From an uncultured Actinomycetes bacterium (GTDB taxonomy: Bacteria > Actinomycetota > Thermoleophilia > RBG-16-64-13), in contig CAVPLM010000004.1 of the NCBI GenBank assembly GCA_963706025.1, positions 1 to 64,000 of the forward strand: a stretch of DNA of 64,000 nucleotides, in the 5' to 3' direction. Shown here piece after piece: positions 61,841 to 64,000 of this stretch. The first letter of the stretch is position 1, and every line of letters starts with the position of its first letter. The position numbers and the translations under genes were made by a program. A model generated the notes under the pieces. The model was not told the DNA's origin and did not search any database. It saw only the letters and a program-made list of their open reading frames with translations.

Positions 61841-62996
61841 CGTAGGTCGCCCGCTTGCATCAGATCGATGTAGCCACGCACGGCCCTATCTACGTGGAAT
61901 CGCTTGGCGTGCCGTCTCAGGACGTCGCGATCGCGGTCGGTCGCCAGCTCTTGCAGGATCCCTGCAGATAGGGCCCCCGCGTCGCCGGGCGGCACGAGCG
62001 TCCCAGACGTCCCGGCCCATAGTCGGAGGCCTCGAGGATCTCTCGCGGTCCGCTTGGGCAATCGGTACTGACCACCGGTAAGCCGCAGGCCATTGCCTCG
62101 ATCAGAGCGTTCGGGAGACCCTCCCAAGCTGAGGAGAGGACGAACAGGTCGGCTCGAGCCATATAGGCGTACGGGTTTTCGACGAACCCCGGTAGGGAGA
62201 CGAAATGCTCGGCGCCTTGGTCCCGCACCACCGCTTCCAATCGGTCCCGTTCTTCTCCGTCCCCGAGAATAACGAGGCGGATGGGCCGGTGGCGCCGAGC
62301 AGCCGCCACGGCTTCGATCAGAAGGTCGTAGCGTTTCGGTGGGCTCAGTCGACCGGCGGAAAGAACGATCGGCGGACCTCCGTCACCAAACCAGGGGTGA
62401 GGTACGGGCTCCTGCATCAGGGCGGTCATGTCATCGCTGAAGGCAGGGTTGTATATCACTCTGACCATGGCTCGAGGTACGCCCGAGCCCTCGACAAGGT
62501 CCGTTGCTGCACCCTGCGAATTCGCGACGACGACGTCGGCAGACGGATAGAACACCCTGACCAGCGCGGGGATCGCCCGGAGCCGAATGCCAACCGAGTC
62601 CGAAGTAGCCATGCTCATCGTGGTCGCCTCCCTCAAGATCAGTCTGGGTGAGCTTGAAGCCATCGACCGAGCCCAGACGGCCACGATGTTCGCGAAATGC
62701 AGGGTGGATATCAGAACATCAGGCTTGGCCCGGCTGATGTGTCGGGCAAGTGGTACCGTGGCGGCGATGGTCCGCTCGCACGCCAGATCGACCACTCGTA
62801 CTGCCGGTGACAGACCGATGAGATTCGTCCCGGTGGCGCTGGCCAGCACAAGATCGACGGACAGTCCGGCCTGGGCGAAGCCGGTCGCGAGACGTGCGAA
62901 CATCTTCTCCGCACCGCCCCATCTCATGGAGGAAGCGAACATGCTTACCTTCAGCGGCCCGGGGGGCCTAGTGGCCGGCGAGGCGCCGCCCTTCAT
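61837..62996 (-). CDS. GT4 glycosyltransferase (frameshift near 61995)
   Basis: GGAEKM, ANSQG, IYNP, GRLSPPK, GFVENPY, SSAWEGLPNALIEAMACG. Confidence 0.9.
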
Positions 62997-64000
62997 CTTG
63001 CCATCGCCGTTGCGGTCAGAAGCTCCTCCCAGTGCGAGAGGACGGTCTCGTAGTCGTATTCAGCAGCATTGAGCCGAGCGCGCCTTGAGAGCCGCGCTGC
63101 CAAGCCCGGATCCGACAGTATCTTCCGTATCGCCTCAGCCATGGCCTCGGGGTCCGCCTTTGGAACAAGCAGCGCGTCCTGTCCGTTCTCGACCAAGTCG
63201 GGTACTCCACCTGCGTCGGTACTCACGACACACAGACCGGAAGCCATCGCCTCCACAACGGTCATCGGCGCGTTGTCGACATTGGTGGTGTTCAAGAAGA
63301 TGTCCCCTTCCTCGAGTACCCGCGGTACCTCTGTCTTGGGGACCGGTCCCATTATACGCACTCTGTCCTCAACACCGAGCCTCTGCGCCTCGTCGCGGGT
63401 CTGAGCCGCACTCCAATCGCCTGTGTCGGGACCGACCATCAAGAGTCTCGATGTCCGGGAACTCACCGGCAAGTCTTCTGACCACCTCTAGGGCCAGGAC
63501 CGGGTTGTAGCGCTGCTCGTAGGCCCTGATCCACACCAGTCTCGGCTTTGCCTCGGTGATGGTGCGGGCAGGGTAGCGGTCGAGGTGCAATCCGTTACGG
63601 ATGACTCGGATGTCCGGACGTAGGCGCAAGAACTGCGCGCGCAGGAACGGCGACGGGGAGGTCACCACTGCGGCGGCGGATAGCAGTCGCCGGAATCTGG
63701 ACGGCCATCGCTCGCGCGAATTCCGGGAACGCGCCGGAGTGCAGGGTGATGACGTAGGGGCAGCGCAGCGCAGTGAGGCTGGCCCCCACGGCCTCCGCCC
63801 AAATGAAGGCAGAGCCGCCGTAGACATCCAGTTGCGCGACCTTGTAGCTGCGACGCTTCGTCCAGACGGTGGTGAGCATATCGGCAAGACGCAGGCCCCG
63901 GTTCCTGACGCTGGAAGTGGTGGTCACAGACCACCCGCGGGCATCAGGCCCTCGGCGATGTCCTCGCAGATGAAACGGATGCCGGTCGAGGCAGACAGGA
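62993..64000 (-). CDS. GT4 glycosyltransferase (5' end outside window, frameshifted)
   Basis: DVYGGSAF, SPSPFL, YNP, MVGPD, NTTNVDNAPMTVVEAMASG. Confidence 0.85.

Overview
GC-rich bacterial DNA, most likely from a deep-branching actinobacterium (Thermoleophilia-like). This is an inference from the Thr-rich lipoprotein linkers, SLH proteins and actinobacterial-type Pho genes. Many genes are split by single-base frameshifts, dense at 1-5.8 kb, 31.7-54 kb and after 61 kb, which looks like long-read indel error, so several coordinates are approximate. Left to right: (1) a catabolic/uptake operon (saccharopine-dehydrogenase-like enzyme, aldehyde dehydrogenase, Liv-type ABC transporter, TetR); (2) a 5'-nucleotidase, small hypothetical genes, and phoR/phoP divergent from pstSCAB-phoU with 11-bp-period PHO boxes; (3) a membrane-sensor GGDEF-EAL protein; (4) a LolA-like protein plus ABC exporter divergent from an OmpR-type two-component system; (5) divergent glgP and malQ; (6) a >30-kb surface polysaccharide locus that runs off the right end. 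The locus holds Wzc-, Wzy/ligase- and Wzx-like genes, a 10-gene legionaminic-acid module with an extra SDR-Gfo/Idh/MocA-SDR trio (acinetaminic/epi-nonulosonate-like layout), tailoring enzymes, a pyruvyltransferase, and three paralogous secreted beta-helix proteins, two with SLH domains. The most notable signal is a sigma28/WhiG-type promoter followed by a c-di-GMP-I riboswitch in front of the largest SLH beta-helix gene. Similar promoters precede the GGDEF-EAL gene and the third paralogue. No rRNA, tRNA, CRISPR array or mobile element was seen.
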